Shown one piece after another: positions 1 through 9,637 of a stretch of DNA of 47,977 bases. The position numbers and the translations under genes were made by a program. Source of the stretch: a virus. Taxonomy: Duplodnaviria > Caudoviricetes. The stretch is from the IMG/VR virus record IMGVR_UViG_3300012942_000063, positions 1 to 47,977 of that record, one strand, 5' to 3'. Under the pieces are notes generated by a model. That model did not search any database. It was not told the origin of the DNA and was given only the letters and a program-made list of their open reading frames with translations. How positions within the stretch are numbered: the stretch's first letter is position 1; each line of letters begins with the position of its first letter.

Positions 1-1530
1 AACACGCACGACACCTGCGTCCGCGCTGTCTCGAGCATGGTCGCCCGCAAATGGACGGACGAGGACATCCAGCAGCGAGTGCAGCGCGCGAAGCGCGAGG
101 CATGCGAGGCGGCGGGGATGCCGTACAACTGGCCGGATGCGCAGAAGGTCATTCAGGAGTGGATCGACAGCGCCCGCGACAAGAAGTTCGACAAGACTAG
201 CAAGGTCAAGATCGACGACATACCGATCGAGATGCTCAACCGCTACGTATACGTTCAGAGCATCGACCGAATGTATGACTTAAAGAAGGGGCTCCCGGTC
301 CCGATGAACGTCTTCAATAACATACATTCCCGCGACATACCGAAACCGTGGGTGACGATGCTGATGCACCCCGACTTTCGGATCGTGGACAAGCTCACCT
401 ACGCCCCCGGTCGCCCCCAGTTCTGCAACGAGAAGAGCTTCGACAGTGACGCCATCCTCGACTGCCTGAACGTGTTCACGCCGTCGGGGGTGCAACCGGA
501 GGAAGGCGACGTCGAGCCTTTCGTGCAGCTGGTGCGCGACGTGATGGACAATAACGAGGAGGCAGTCAACCACGTTACGTCCTTCTTCGCCTACGCGGTG
601 CAGCACCCGGGCGACCGCATCAACCACGCGCTGGTGATACAAGGTGAGCAAGGCATCGGGAAGGACAGCATCCTACTGGCGCTCGAGAAGGTGATGGGCA
701 CCCACAACTGTTCACAGGTCACGTTGCAGCACGTTGAGTCACAGTTCAACGACTGGTTATTTGGCAAGCAGCTGATCGTATTTCAGGAGATGCTGGCGGC
801 GGGGCGGCGCAACATCTATAACAAGCTTAAGACGTACATCACTGATCAGGTTCACAACATCAACACGAAGCACGTCGCGCTACAGCGCATCGCTAACCGG
901 GCAGTATACGTGTTTCTGACAAACTACAAACACGCGCTGTCTATCGACCCGTCCGACCGACGCACGTGGGTGTGGTATTCGAAGATGGTCAAGCGCAGCC
1001 CGGCGTACTACAACCGTTACTACGAGTGGCTGTCGGACCCAAGATCGGCATCGCACCTTCTGCACTACCTTCTACAATACGACACCAGCAAATTCAACGC
1101 CGCCGCCCCGCCGCCGATGACCGATGCCAAGCGCCAGCTGGTCGAGGCATCGGGGAGCGAGATCGAGCAATATCTCCGCCAAGCGATCGAGGCCAGCACG
1201 TGGCCGATGGGGTGTGATCTCGTCTCGATCCCGCACCTTCACGGCGCGCTGCGTCCCTTCCTTCGCTGCAGCCTGTCGATGGTTCAGGAAGCATTGGACA
1301 ACATACTGGGAGACACGACGCTCGAACAGCGACCTAGAATGGGGGCCTCGCGTCCCCGGCTGCGCTCGATCCGCAATCACCAGAAGTGGAGCACAGCATC
1401 AGTCGAGACGGTGAAGACCGAGTACCGCGTACCGTTGCCCCCGCAGCAGGGCGAGACAGAAGGCTCCTACTCCGCTTATCTGGGCAGCGATGTGGGTTCG
1501 GGAGGGGAGGACGGCGGTGATCGTTACTAA
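1..1530 (+). CDS. Primase-helicase, C-terminal SF3/DUF5906-like NTPase part (5'-truncated by window)
   Basis: Walker A GEQGIGKD, Walker B-like LIVFQE, FLTNY and DRR motifs; frame is open from base 1, so the true start lies upstream. Confidence 0.85.
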   Translation, partial: NTHDTCVRAVSSMVARKWTDEDIQQRVQRAKREACEAAGMPYNWPDAQKVIQEWIDSARDKKFDKTSKVKIDDIPIEMLNRYVYVQSIDRMYDLKKGLPVPMNVFNNIHSRDIPKPWVTMLMHPDFRIVDKLTYAPGRPQFCNEKSFDSDAILDCLNVFTPSGVQPEEGDVEPFVQLVRDVMDNNEEAVNHVTSFFAYAVQHPGDRINHALVIQGEQGIGKDSILLALEKVMGTHNCSQVTLQHVESQFNDWLFGKQLIVFQEMLAAGRRNIYNKLKTYITDQVHNINTKHVALQRIANRAVYVFLTNYKHALSIDPSDRRTWVWYSKMVKRSPAYYNRYYEWLSDPRSASHLLHYLLQYDTSKFNAAAPPPMTDAKRQLVEASGSEIEQYLRQAIEASTWPMGCDLVSIPHLHGALRPFLRCSLSMVQEALDNILGDTTLEQRPRMGASRPRLRSIRNHQKWSTASVETVKTEYRVPLPPQQGETEGSYSAYLGSDVGSGGEDGGDRY

Positions 1531-1534
1531 CCCC

Positions 1535-1563
1535 TTGACCCATCCGCGCGGCTGTGCTTTAAC
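1535..1563 (+). promoter_or_regulatory. sigma70-like promoter TTGACC-N17-TTTAAC with TGn extension
   Basis: Matches the TTGAC..CTGTG.. motif repeated at five other sites; upstream of RBS GGAG and ATG 1603. Confidence 0.6.
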
Positions 1564-1602
1564 CGTTAAGTCGGAGTTAACCGGCGCAGTGGAGATTAAC
1601 CA

Positions 1603-2361
1603 ATGAACGACACCCCCGAGAAGAAGGACGTGGTGCCCTCGCAGTACCGAGACCGGTACAAGAGCACGGGCGGCACCAACGGCGACTTCATCGCCGTAGC
1701 GCTGTCAAAGATTGGCGAGGACGGCCTCGACGCCCTCAATGCTGTGAAGACCGAAAACGGCATCGAGAAGGGCCGTTGGTCAACCTTCAACCCCGGCATG
1801 CAGCGCATGAACCTCGCCAACGTGCTGCGCGGCCGGTTTCTCACCGGCGAGACCATCTCGATCCTCGGCCGGCAGTACAACGCCAAGCACATGGCGGAGG
1901 ACTTCAACGGCAAGATCGAGGACAATGACAAGGCCCTCGACAAGCTCGCCGGGTTCCTCGAACTCGCACCCGGCAACCAGTCGGCCAAGCCCCGCGTCAT
2001 CGCGGCGCTGCGCAAGCTGTTCTTCGCCCCGGCGAAGAAGACCAAGGAAGAGCGCGACGCCGAGCGCGCGGCTGCCAAGGCGGCGACCGACAAGGCCAAG
2101 GCGATCACCAAGGCCGAAAAGGCGTTGACCAAGGCCAGTGAGGCCCGGGCCAAGACCGCCGCCGCGCTCGATACGGCCAACGCCGCGCTCGACGCCGCCG
2201 TCAAGGCGAACAACTCTGCCAAGGATGACGACAAGGCCGCTGCGACGAAGGCGATGAACGCCGCGCAGAAAAAGGCCGACGCGGCGCAGGAGAAGGACGA
2301 CGCCGCCGCGCAGAAGGTGGAGGAGGCCACCGCCGCCCTCGCCGCCGCCAAGGGCGCATAA
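1603..2361 (+). CDS. Hypothetical protein, RMN-motif paralog A with Ala/Lys-rich helical tail
   Basis: Good RBS; NPGMQRMNLANVLRG motif shared with ORFs at 40765 and 41788. Confidence 0.8.
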   Translation: MNDTPEKKDVVPSQYRDRYKSTGGTNGDFIAVALSKIGEDGLDALNAVKTENGIEKGRWSTFNPGMQRMNLANVLRGRFLTGETISILGRQYNAKHMAEDFNGKIEDNDKALDKLAGFLELAPGNQSAKPRVIAALRKLFFAPAKKTKEERDAERAAAKAATDKAKAITKAEKALTKASEARAKTAAALDTANAALDAAVKANNSAKDDDKAAATKAMNAAQKKADAAQEKDDAAAQKVEEATAALAAAKGA

Positions 2362-2366
2362 AAATA

Positions 2367-2393
2367 GGGGGTCCAGTGCCAGACTGAACCCCC
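2367..2393. terminator. Stem-loop after ORF 1603
   Basis: GGGGGTCCAGT-gccag-ACTGAACCCCC, one mismatch; A-run on the 5' side. Confidence 0.4.
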
Positions 2394-2419
2394 AGTGGTG
2401 CTGCTACAGGAAAGAAGCG

Positions 2420-3016
2420 ATGACAGGAAACACGACAACTAACGGCACGTCAAGCCCCCCCTCTCAAGAGGACCGGGATGAACTGGAACGCCGCGCCGCC
2501 GCTATCGCCAAGGCCACGTCGCGTCTGGCCGAACAGGCCGACTATCTGGGCCGCATCGAGGCGGTTGTGGGGCAGAACCTCCCGGAATTCATCACCCGGC
2601 ACCCGTTGGGCGAGGTGGTGGACGGCTTCGTCGCGCTTGACGATCAGCTTACTGCCGTACAGGAGGCGGTGTCCAAGTTGGCCGAGCGCGTTCGCTACGG
2701 CAAGGAAGTGTCCTTCCCGGCGCGGCTCGACGACGAGGAGATGAAGAGCTTCAACGCGCAGAGCGGCAACCGGGTCACGCGCACCGCCCGCATCTACGCT
2801 TCGATCATCTCGGACACGACCGGCGAAATCGTCAAGCGCGCCTACGAGTGGCTACGCAACAACGAACTCGGGTCACTGATCAAGGAAACGGTCAACTCGT
2901 CGTCGCTGTCCGCAGCCGCCAAGGAACTGATGGAGAACGGCCGGGAACTCCCCGACGACCTCTTCAAGCTTCACACCAAGGACAGCGTGTCGATCACGCG
3001 CAAGAAGGGGAAGTAA
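2420..3016 (+). CDS. Conserved phage replication-module protein (coiled coil, usually beside SSB/polymerase)
   Basis: C-terminal WLRNNELGSLIKETVNSSSLSAAAKELMENGRELP pattern typical of this phage family; position. Confidence 0.7.
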   Translation: MTGNTTTNGTSSPPSQEDRDELERRAAAIAKATSRLAEQADYLGRIEAVVGQNLPEFITRHPLGEVVDGFVALDDQLTAVQEAVSKLAERVRYGKEVSFPARLDDEEMKSFNAQSGNRVTRTARIYASIISDTTGEIVKRAYEWLRNNELGSLIKETVNSSSLSAAAKELMENGRELPDDLFKLHTKDSVSITRKKGK

Positions 3017-3337
3017 ATGTCTGCTACCGCCGTCATTCGTCCGTTCGGCCAAGATGGTAAACCGACGTCGCTCGGCGAGAGCCTGCACCTCCCCGATTAT
3101 CTGGATTGGATGCCGATCGAACTAAAGGTATTTTGGTATCTTGAGCGCGGTTTCGGTGATCCCAACGCTACCCATCTTTTGTTCGAAACGCAGGGCGAAC
3201 AACTGCTGGTCCCAGTAACCCAAACCCTGCGTAAGATTACCTACAAGGAAATGAAGGAGCAAGAAGATGGCATCCGAGAAGCAGTCGAGCGGTACGCGCG
3301 GGAACAAGGCATCAGCCGGGTCCCTCGCAACCAATGA
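3017..3337 (+). CDS. Hypothetical protein
   Basis: Starts immediately after the previous stop; overlaps the next gene. Confidence 0.55.
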   Translation: MSATAVIRPFGQDGKPTSLGESLHLPDYLDWMPIELKVFWYLERGFGDPNATHLLFETQGEQLLVPVTQTLRKITYKEMKEQEDGIREAVERYAREQGISRVPRNQ

Positions 3338-4166
3338 CGTCAAGTCCAATGTCCCGGCATTCATGCAGCAGGACGCGGCCGACGGCAAGGAGAACATCGA
3401 TCAGTCCGACCTGATCACGCCTCGCGTCGCGTTGATGCAGGCGATCAGCCCCGAGGTGGTCGAGGGCAAGGCGTCGTCGGGAGACTTCTGGCACACGATC
3501 AACGAGGTGGTCCTCGGGACGACGCTGCGCCTCGTCGTGGTCCACCATTCCAAGAGGTACACGATGTGGCGTCCTCGCCATGCCGGCGGCGGCATCATCG
3601 CCCGGGCGACCGACGGGCGGCACTGGGACACCGATTTCAAGGAATCGTTTGCCCCCTACAAGGACCGCCCCAAGTACGTGGTCGAATACGAAGCCAAGAA
3701 GGGCGATCTCGTCTCCAAGGACGCCGGGCTCGGCCGCTGGGGCACCCTCGACCCCGACAACGAGGACAGCGCGCCGGCTGCCACTCTGTCGCACGTCCTC
3801 GTCTGCGTCGCGCTCGACCACATGGAGCTTGGGCCGTTCGTGGTCTATCTCCAGCGTTCGGCGGAGGGCGTCGGTCGTCAGCTGATGACGAAGGTGAAGC
3901 TCGACAAGGCCCCTATCTACGGGCAGGTGTACGTCATGGGATCGCGCGTCCAGCCTTCGGACGGCGGCGATTTCAACAACTACACCTTCACCAAGGACGG
4001 GTACGTCATGGAGGAGGAGCTTTACGCCGAACTCAAGTCGATGAACGCCATGTTCACCGAGATGGGCGTCAAGACCAACGAGGAAGCCCCGGAAGACGTC
4101 AGCGACGCTAACGGCGGCGAGGGCGGCGGCAACAACGCCAAGGACGGCGCGGACGACAAATACTGA
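3267..4166 (+). CDS. Putative single-stranded DNA-binding protein
   Basis: GKENIDQSDLITPRVALMQAISPEV N-terminal motif, acidic/Gly tail ending in aromatic residue, upstream of polymerase. Confidence 0.65.
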   Translation: MASEKQSSGTRGNKASAGSLATNDVKSNVPAFMQQDAADGKENIDQSDLITPRVALMQAISPEVVEGKASSGDFWHTINEVVLGTTLRLVVVHHSKRYTMWRPRHAGGGIIARATDGRHWDTDFKESFAPYKDRPKYVVEYEAKKGDLVSKDAGLGRWGTLDPDNEDSAPAATLSHVLVCVALDHMELGPFVVYLQRSAEGVGRQLMTKVKLDKAPIYGQVYVMGSRVQPSDGGDFNNYTFTKDGYVMEEELYAELKSMNAMFTEMGVKTNEEAPEDVSDANGGEGGGNNAKDGADDKY

Positions 4167-4193
4167 TCCGCTGACAACTAGGGATACCCGGTC

Positions 4194-4535
4194 ATGAGCA
4201 ATCGCGTAACGGACATCGATCGTGGCATCGCCCGTGTGCTTCGAGGCATGCGGGAGAAGGCCAAGATGACGCAACCGCAAGTGGCCGGGTATCTCGGTAT
4301 AACCTACCAGTCCTATCAGAAGCTAGAGAACGGCAGGGTGGCATTCCGCGCCTCCGTACTGGAGAAGCTTCGTTCCCTGTTCGGCGTGAATTATGCCGAC
4401 CTGTTTGGGGAAAGGGAGGACACGTGGCAGTACCCGCCGGCCGTCACCAAGACGCTGGCGGCGATCCGGGACATGGACGAGGACGGACAGCGCCGCGTAT
4501 TCGAGCAAATACTGGCTATCAAGCACAAGGGGTGA
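4194..4535 (+). CDS. XRE-family helix-turn-helix regulator
   Basis: MTQPQVAGYLGITYQSYQKLENG classic Cro/C1-type HTH. Confidence 0.85.
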   Translation: MSNRVTDIDRGIARVLRGMREKAKMTQPQVAGYLGITYQSYQKLENGRVAFRASVLEKLRSLFGVNYADLFGEREDTWQYPPAVTKTLAAIRDMDEDGQRRVFEQILAIKHKG

Positions 4536-4538
4536 CTT

Positions 4539-4739
4539 GTGACCGAAGAAGAGGACGACCATATTCAGCTTATGCTGAACGGGTACACTGAATACGCCAA
4601 CGAGGCCGATCTCACTGATTGGGAGCGCTCGTTTATGGCCGATCAGGTCAAGCGGTATGAAACCTACGGGTCGCGCACCCGGTTCTCGGACAAGCAAATC
4701 GAGATCATCGAGCGCGTTTACGGGAAGCTTCCGATATGA
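4539..4739 (+). CDS. Hypothetical protein
   Basis: Fills gap; ATGA-coupled to polymerase. Confidence 0.65.
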   Translation: MTEEEDDHIQLMLNGYTEYANEADLTDWERSFMADQVKRYETYGSRTRFSDKQIEIIERVYGKLPI

Positions 4740-6670
4740 GAGAAACGCTGGTCAACACCCGCGACGCCGCCGAGCGCGTCCTCCGCATCTTCCGCGACAC
4801 TGCGCATTGCACGGTGGACACCGAAACCAGCGGCCTGTCGTGGCAGCGCAACCACATCGTGGGTTGGGTCCTGACCTTTCTCGACGAAGGCAGCTATTAC
4901 GTGCCGGTCCGCCACGCCGGGGGCGGCAACCTGCCCGGGTGCAATGTTCCGCTCACCGAAGATGGGTGGCGCGGCGATCTACACTGGTTCGAGATCGAAC
5001 TAGCCAAGGCAGCCGCCGAGCGCCCGCGCCGCATCGTCGGTCACAATCTTTTGTTCGATCTTCGCTTCGCCAAGAAACACGGGGTCGTGTTCTACGGCGA
5101 CAAGGAAGACACGATGGTCAACGCACCGTTGATCGACGAAAACCGGTTCAGCTACTCGCTCGAGAGCGTGGCCAAGAGCGAGGAGGTGCAGGCCAAGAAA
5201 GGCGGCGATCTCTACCAGTACATGGCTTCGATTTTTGGCGGCGAGCCCGATCGAAAACAGATGTCCAACTACTGGCGCACCGACGCCTCGGTCCCGATCG
5301 TGTGGGGTTACGCGGCGGGCGACGGCGTGACGACCGAGGAGGTGTGGCGCGTCCAACAACCGCAGATCACCCGGGAAGATGATATGGGGAGATCGCTCGC
5401 CAAGGTCCACAACGTCGAGTGCCGCCTGATCAACACGCTGTTTCGGATGACCAGTGGCGGGGTAGTGATCGACGAGGACCGCCTGCACCGAGCAGACCGC
5501 CTGTTTGAGAAACGCGCCGCCGCCGCCGGGGCGGGCTTCCCCAAGGACTTCAACAGCAAATCGCCCCGGGCGCTCAAGGAATACTTCGAGGGGCTCGGCC
5601 TGATCAACGATAGCTGGCCCCGCAACGACCCCACCGCCGCCGAGATCAAGAAGGCCAAGGCGGAGGGCCGGATGCCAATCGGCGCGCTTAAATTCGACGA
5701 GGCAACGCTCAAGCAATACGAGGCCGGCCGAGCGGTAATCGACTTCCGTCAAGTCACCAATGCCCGCTCACTGTACACGCAGCCGATGCTACACCGCCAC
5801 TTGTTCAACAGCCACGTCCATTGTGACTTCGCCCAAATGGCGAGCGACGACTACGGCACCGTGTCGGGCCGGCTGTCCTGCTATGATCCGAACTTGCAGG
5901 CAGTGAGCAAGCGCAACAAGAAGATCGGGGCGATCTACCGCGCCTGCTTTCTTCCCGATCCGGGCTGCACGTGGGAGGACCGCGATTACAAGCAGCAGGA
6001 GTACGTGGTCTTCACTGATTACACCGGGGACCCGAACCTGATGGCGGGATACGCCGCCAATCCCCCGGTGGACATCCACTCCACCGTGGCGGAGATGCTT
6101 AGCGTCGAGCGCGATCCGACCGCCAAGCGCATGAACCTCGGGATGCTCTACGGCATGGGGGTGGTCAAGCTGGCCGTATCGCTCGGCGTGTCGGTCGAGC
6201 AAGCGCGGCGGTGGATGACGCTCTACCACCAGAAGTTTCCCTACGCCAAGCGCTTCCTCAAGGGCGCGGAGGCCAAGGCCCGGGCGCGCGGTTTCGTCTT
6301 CACCTATTTGGGCCGGCGTCGCCGCTTCCCCGACGTGCGCTTCGCCCACAAGGCAGGCAACGCGGTGATCCAAGGATCGAGCGCGGACATTACCAAGCTT
6401 AAGATGTGCGAGATCGACGAATATTTCGCTAGCGAGGGTGATCATTGCCGCCTGATGCTGCAAATCCATGACTCGCTGTCGTGGAGTGCACCGCGAGACG
6501 AGAAGGGCCGCAGGATGACCGCCGAAGCCGATCGTATCATGACTGACTTTTATTCGGACAACGCGGTGATCAAGCTCCGCGCTAAGCTCGGCATCGACGC
6601 TGCCAGCGGTGACAACTGGGCAGAGGCGACGTGGGGCCGCGAACTGGTGGAACAGCAGTGGGCGGCATGA
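4736..6670 (+). CDS. dpoZ: Family A DNA polymerase with 3'-5' exonuclease (candidate DpoZ)
   Basis: ExoI DTETSGL, ExoII GHNLLFD, ExoIII YAAGD; GTVSGRLS, motif A DYKQQE, motif B AKRMNLGMLYG, motif C IHDS. Family A is secure; the DpoZ label is inferred from purZ/datZ linkage. Confidence 0.85.
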   Translation: MRETLVNTRDAAERVLRIFRDTAHCTVDTETSGLSWQRNHIVGWVLTFLDEGSYYVPVRHAGGGNLPGCNVPLTEDGWRGDLHWFEIELAKAAAERPRRIVGHNLLFDLRFAKKHGVVFYGDKEDTMVNAPLIDENRFSYSLESVAKSEEVQAKKGGDLYQYMASIFGGEPDRKQMSNYWRTDASVPIVWGYAAGDGVTTEEVWRVQQPQITREDDMGRSLAKVHNVECRLINTLFRMTSGGVVIDEDRLHRADRLFEKRAAAAGAGFPKDFNSKSPRALKEYFEGLGLINDSWPRNDPTAAEIKKAKAEGRMPIGALKFDEATLKQYEAGRAVIDFRQVTNARSLYTQPMLHRHLFNSHVHCDFAQMASDDYGTVSGRLSCYDPNLQAVSKRNKKIGAIYRACFLPDPGCTWEDRDYKQQEYVVFTDYTGDPNLMAGYAANPPVDIHSTVAEMLSVERDPTAKRMNLGMLYGMGVVKLAVSLGVSVEQARRWMTLYHQKFPYAKRFLKGAEAKARARGFVFTYLGRRRRFPDVRFAHKAGNAVIQGSSADITKLKMCEIDEYFASEGDHCRLMLQIHDSLSWSAPRDEKGRRMTAEADRIMTDFYSDNAVIKLRAKLGIDAASGDNWAEATWGRELVEQQWAA

Positions 6671-6852
6671 TCCTCGAGTCCAAATACTCGATCGGAGATC
6701 GGGTCCACATAGACGGCTGCAACAAGTCGTCCTACGTGATCACCGCCGTGCTGTGGCGCGGCAAGCACATACAGTACGAGATAAGCTGGATTTCGGGGCA
6801 AAGCCACACCGCGTGGGTCGAGGAGTGGCGCATGGGGAAGGCAGATGGCTGA
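6667..6852 (+). CDS. Small hypothetical protein
   Basis: ATGA overlap with polymerase stop; SKYSIGDRV start common in small phage proteins. Confidence 0.6.
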   Translation: MILESKYSIGDRVHIDGCNKSSYVITAVLWRGKHIQYEISWISGQSHTAWVEEWRMGKADG

Positions 6853-7294
6853 CTTCTGCTTCCAGTGTTCGGTCCTTCACATGATGTTCCCGCCGCCCGG
6901 CGATCTGGCCGGGCTGTGTGAAGAGGGGAAGGTCGTGGAGGTGATCTGCGAGTGTTGCGGGCCTACGGTGGTTGATCACCGGGGCTACTGCGTGGCCACG
7001 ACCTGCCTGTGCGGATGCCTCTACGAGCACGGGGAGGCACTACGGAGAGCAGAGAGGTACGTGGCGCGGGTGTCAGGGCCTCTTGGCGCGCTGTGGCGCT
7101 CGTGGTACGGCTTCGTCGGCACCGCGTGGGAACCGGGGACTTGGCATTTCTGGAAGCGGCGCCGGCACGACTGGCGGGCGGGGACGGGTGATGGCTTCTT
7201 CGACTTACAAGAATGGGAGGAAAAAGGGCCACTGGATCGCCCCGGCGAGGACGGTCCCGTACACTCCGGAGGAACTGATGCAGATGAAGCGTGA
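6845..7294 (+). CDS. Cys-rich hypothetical protein
   Basis: MADFCFQC...CECCG...C motifs; overlaps previous stop. Confidence 0.55.
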   Translation: MADFCFQCSVLHMMFPPPGDLAGLCEEGKVVEVICECCGPTVVDHRGYCVATTCLCGCLYEHGEALRRAERYVARVSGPLGALWRSWYGFVGTAWEPGTWHFWKRRRHDWRAGTGDGFFDLQEWEEKGPLDRPGEDGPVHSGGTDADEA

Positions 7295-7391
7295 CGGTGA
7301 TGCGCTGTCCGTCATTTTCGGTCGCGCCAAGCGCGTGAACGGCATGTCCCGGGCGGAGGTGCGTCGCGTCCTGTTCGGAAGGGAATACTGA
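7191..7391 (+). CDS. Small basic hypothetical protein
   Basis: Stop overlaps the start of the next gene (TGATG); overlaps the 3' end of ORF 6845. Confidence 0.4.
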   Translation: MASSTYKNGRKKGHWIAPARTVPYTPEELMQMKRDGDALSVIFGRAKRVNGMSRAEVRRVLFGREY

Positions 7392-7930
7392 TGGCAAGCC
7401 GCAAGAGCGAGCTTAAGCGCAAGGAGGAGAAGCTCGAGAAAGAGCTTATGGCCGGTCTCAAGCAGCAAGGCTTCCTCGCGACCAAGACCAGCGACCGCTT
7501 CAAGGCGGGCCGGGCCGACCTGCGTATCGGGCACAAGGACTGGGCGCAGATGGACGTCGAGTTGAAATACAACGACTGGCCGATGTCCGAACTCGAGAAG
7601 GCGGACGGGTCCGAAATCGATACGGGCATGACCAAGCTGCAGTGGCTCAAGATCGGAGAGCTAAATTCTCACGGTATGCCGGCGGTGTGCCTGATCTACT
7701 TTGAGGCGCTGGACGAGTTCCGCCTCACCACGCTTCTCCGTTACCCCTTGTCACTCGCGGGAGGCTGTGTTGTAAGGAAGCTACCCCCGCCACGGGTTAT
7801 CGAGGGGGGCGAACTTTTTGTCAAGGCGATGGAGTTACTGCATGAGCAACGATACAGGTTCCCGGGCAGCGGGCGGTGGGGCGCGCACAACTGGCGCGCC
7901 GACACCAAGCACCGCCTCGGGCCGCGATGA
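7391..7930 (+). CDS. PD-(D/E)XK nuclease, Holliday-junction resolvase/VRR-NUC-like
   Basis: E-x-x-L-E start, GRADL...VELK catalytic motif, TKLQ..KIGEL helix. Confidence 0.75.
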   Translation: MASRKSELKRKEEKLEKELMAGLKQQGFLATKTSDRFKAGRADLRIGHKDWAQMDVELKYNDWPMSELEKADGSEIDTGMTKLQWLKIGELNSHGMPAVCLIYFEALDEFRLTTLLRYPLSLAGGCVVRKLPPPRVIEGGELFVKAMELLHEQRYRFPGSGRWGAHNWRADTKHRLGPR

Positions 7931-8525
7931 CATCACCGACACGCTGGCGCAGCGTGGTGCCGCCTATGGCGACTTTCGCGAGCAGGGCCGCATCACGCAG
8001 AACCTCAAGCGGGCGATGCAGGATAGCCCCAACTGGGCGCGACTCCCCTCCTACATGAAGGAGGGACTGGACATGATCCAGCACAAGATTTCCCGCATGC
8101 TCAACGGCGATGCGCTGTATGACGACAACATGCACGACATCATCGGTTACACGAAGCTGATGCAGGACCGCGCCGCTCAAGACCGGGAAATGGGAGTCGT
8201 ATTCGAGACAGGGGGCGACAAGCTCTACCCGGCGTACGAACACGAGCGAAAGCGCAAGCCGCTGGACGCCACGTTAGAACGGCTGATGAACGCCCCCGGG
8301 ACGCCCGGCGAGACTGATTGGCGCAAGCACATCGGCGCGGTGGCTCATGCCTACCTCAAGCCGGGCCACACATTCAGCGGGGACCCCGATCAAATCGAAC
8401 CAGCAGCGATCAAACTCGGTGTTGAGATGGGCAACGTGATCCTCAAGAACCGCCTGTATCACCACACCGAACTCGATCGCGGGTACACGTATCTCGGCGC
8501 GTTCACACTCACGGAGGACAACTGA
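7842..8525 (+). CDS. DUF6378-like all-alpha protein with C-terminal extension
   Basis: TLAQRGAAYGDF...LDMIQHKISRMLNGD..YDDNMHDIIGY pattern; RBS GGAG before ATG 7842; TGATG-coupled to purZ. Confidence 0.7.
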   Translation: MSNDTGSRAAGGGARTTGAPTPSTASGRDDITDTLAQRGAAYGDFREQGRITQNLKRAMQDSPNWARLPSYMKEGLDMIQHKISRMLNGDALYDDNMHDIIGYTKLMQDRAAQDREMGVVFETGGDKLYPAYEHERKRKPLDATLERLMNAPGTPGETDWRKHIGAVAHAYLKPGHTFSGDPDQIEPAAIKLGVEMGNVILKNRLYHHTELDRGYTYLGAFTLTEDN

Positions 8526-9604
8526 TGACCAGCCCTGACATTTCCTCGTTTGTGAAGGCAGGCCGCGCCTCCGTGATCTTCGACGGCCAGTTTGGGTCCA
8601 CCGGCAAGGGGCTGGCCGGGGCGTGGGTCGGCGAGCACAACCAGATCGACTGGGCAACGACGAATGCCAGCGCCAACGCGGGGCACACCTCGATCATCGA
8701 CGGCAAGCCGGTGGTGCTGTTCCACATCCCCTCGACGTTTCTGACGGCGCGCCAGAACGGGCAGTGCCGCATCTACATCAACGCTGGGGCGATAGTCGAT
8801 CTCGACGTGCTGTGCCGCGAGATCGAGGAGCAGGGCATCCGGCACCACGAGATTTTCGTCAACCCCAACGCCGCCGTGATCCTCCCGGAAGATCAGGAGG
8901 CCGAGCGCGACCGCACCTCGTCGCAGACCAAGATCGCTTCGACGCAGAAAGGCGTCGGGGCATCTCTCGCGCGGAAAGTCCGCCGCGACGGCCCAAATTT
9001 GGGCCAGTTCATCGAACGGAGCTACCGTAAGGTGCCGTTTCAGTTGACCACCGTGTCCCTGAACCGCGAGATGCAGGAGAACGGGGCGTCGGTGGTAGTA
9101 GAGGTGCCGCAGGGGTTCAGCCTGTCGCTGAACTCGAGCGGGTTCTACCCCTACACCACCAGCCGCGACTGCACCCTGCAGCAGGGCATGTCGGACGCTG
9201 GCATTGCGCCTAGGTTGTTCCATAAATCGATGGCGGTGCTGCGCACCTACCCGATCCGGGTCGGCAATATAACCGACGGCGAGCGCCAGATCGGGTTCTC
9301 GGGGCACGTTTACCCGGATCAGCACGAGACGTCGTGGCAAGCGATCGGCCAGCCCGAGGAGCGCACCACCGTCACTAAGCGGGTGCGCCGGGTGTTCACC
9401 TTCTCGGCCAAGCAATACGAACACATGCTCCGTCACAGCATGCCCGATTTCGCGCTGCTGAACTTCGCCAACTACTGCAACCGTCGCCGGGTCGAGGCAA
9501 TCGCCGACACGATGCAGGACATCGAGCGGAGGCTTGGAATTGCGGTGTTAAAGTACTACGGCTATTCGGCGGCATCGGAGGGCATAAGTGAATACATCAG
9601 ATAA
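8525..9604 (+). CDS. purZ: N6-succino-2-amino-2'-deoxyadenylate synthase PurZ
   Basis: PurA fold with the PurZ-diagnostic GQFGSTGKG (Ser replacing PurA Asp), NAGHT, QGFSL..FYPYTTSR, RTYPIRV, ERTTVTKRVRR and C-terminal NFANY. Confidence 0.95.
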   Translation: MTSPDISSFVKAGRASVIFDGQFGSTGKGLAGAWVGEHNQIDWATTNASANAGHTSIIDGKPVVLFHIPSTFLTARQNGQCRIYINAGAIVDLDVLCREIEEQGIRHHEIFVNPNAAVILPEDQEAERDRTSSQTKIASTQKGVGASLARKVRRDGPNLGQFIERSYRKVPFQLTTVSLNREMQENGASVVVEVPQGFSLSLNSSGFYPYTTSRDCTLQQGMSDAGIAPRLFHKSMAVLRTYPIRVGNITDGERQIGFSGHVYPDQHETSWQAIGQPEERTTVTKRVRRVFTFSAKQYEHMLRHSMPDFALLNFANYCNRRRVEAIADTMQDIERRLGIAVLKYYGYSAASEGISEYIR

Positions 9605-9637
9605 CTTCGTGTGCCGTGCCGTAGTGGAGCGCCACGC

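Noticed and set aside
2040-2361. TolA or histone H1 homology
   Set aside because: Low-complexity Ala/Lys composition alone does not establish homology
4194-4535. XRE protein as evidence of lysogeny
   Set aside because: No integrase, att site or divergent repressor switch in the window; gene is co-oriented within the replication operon. The unseen part of the genome cannot be judged
8525-9604. Ordinary adenylosuccinate synthetase PurA as an auxiliary metabolic gene
   Set aside because: Has GSTGKG instead of GDEGKG and NFANY instead of TKLD, and sits beside datZ, so it is PurZ
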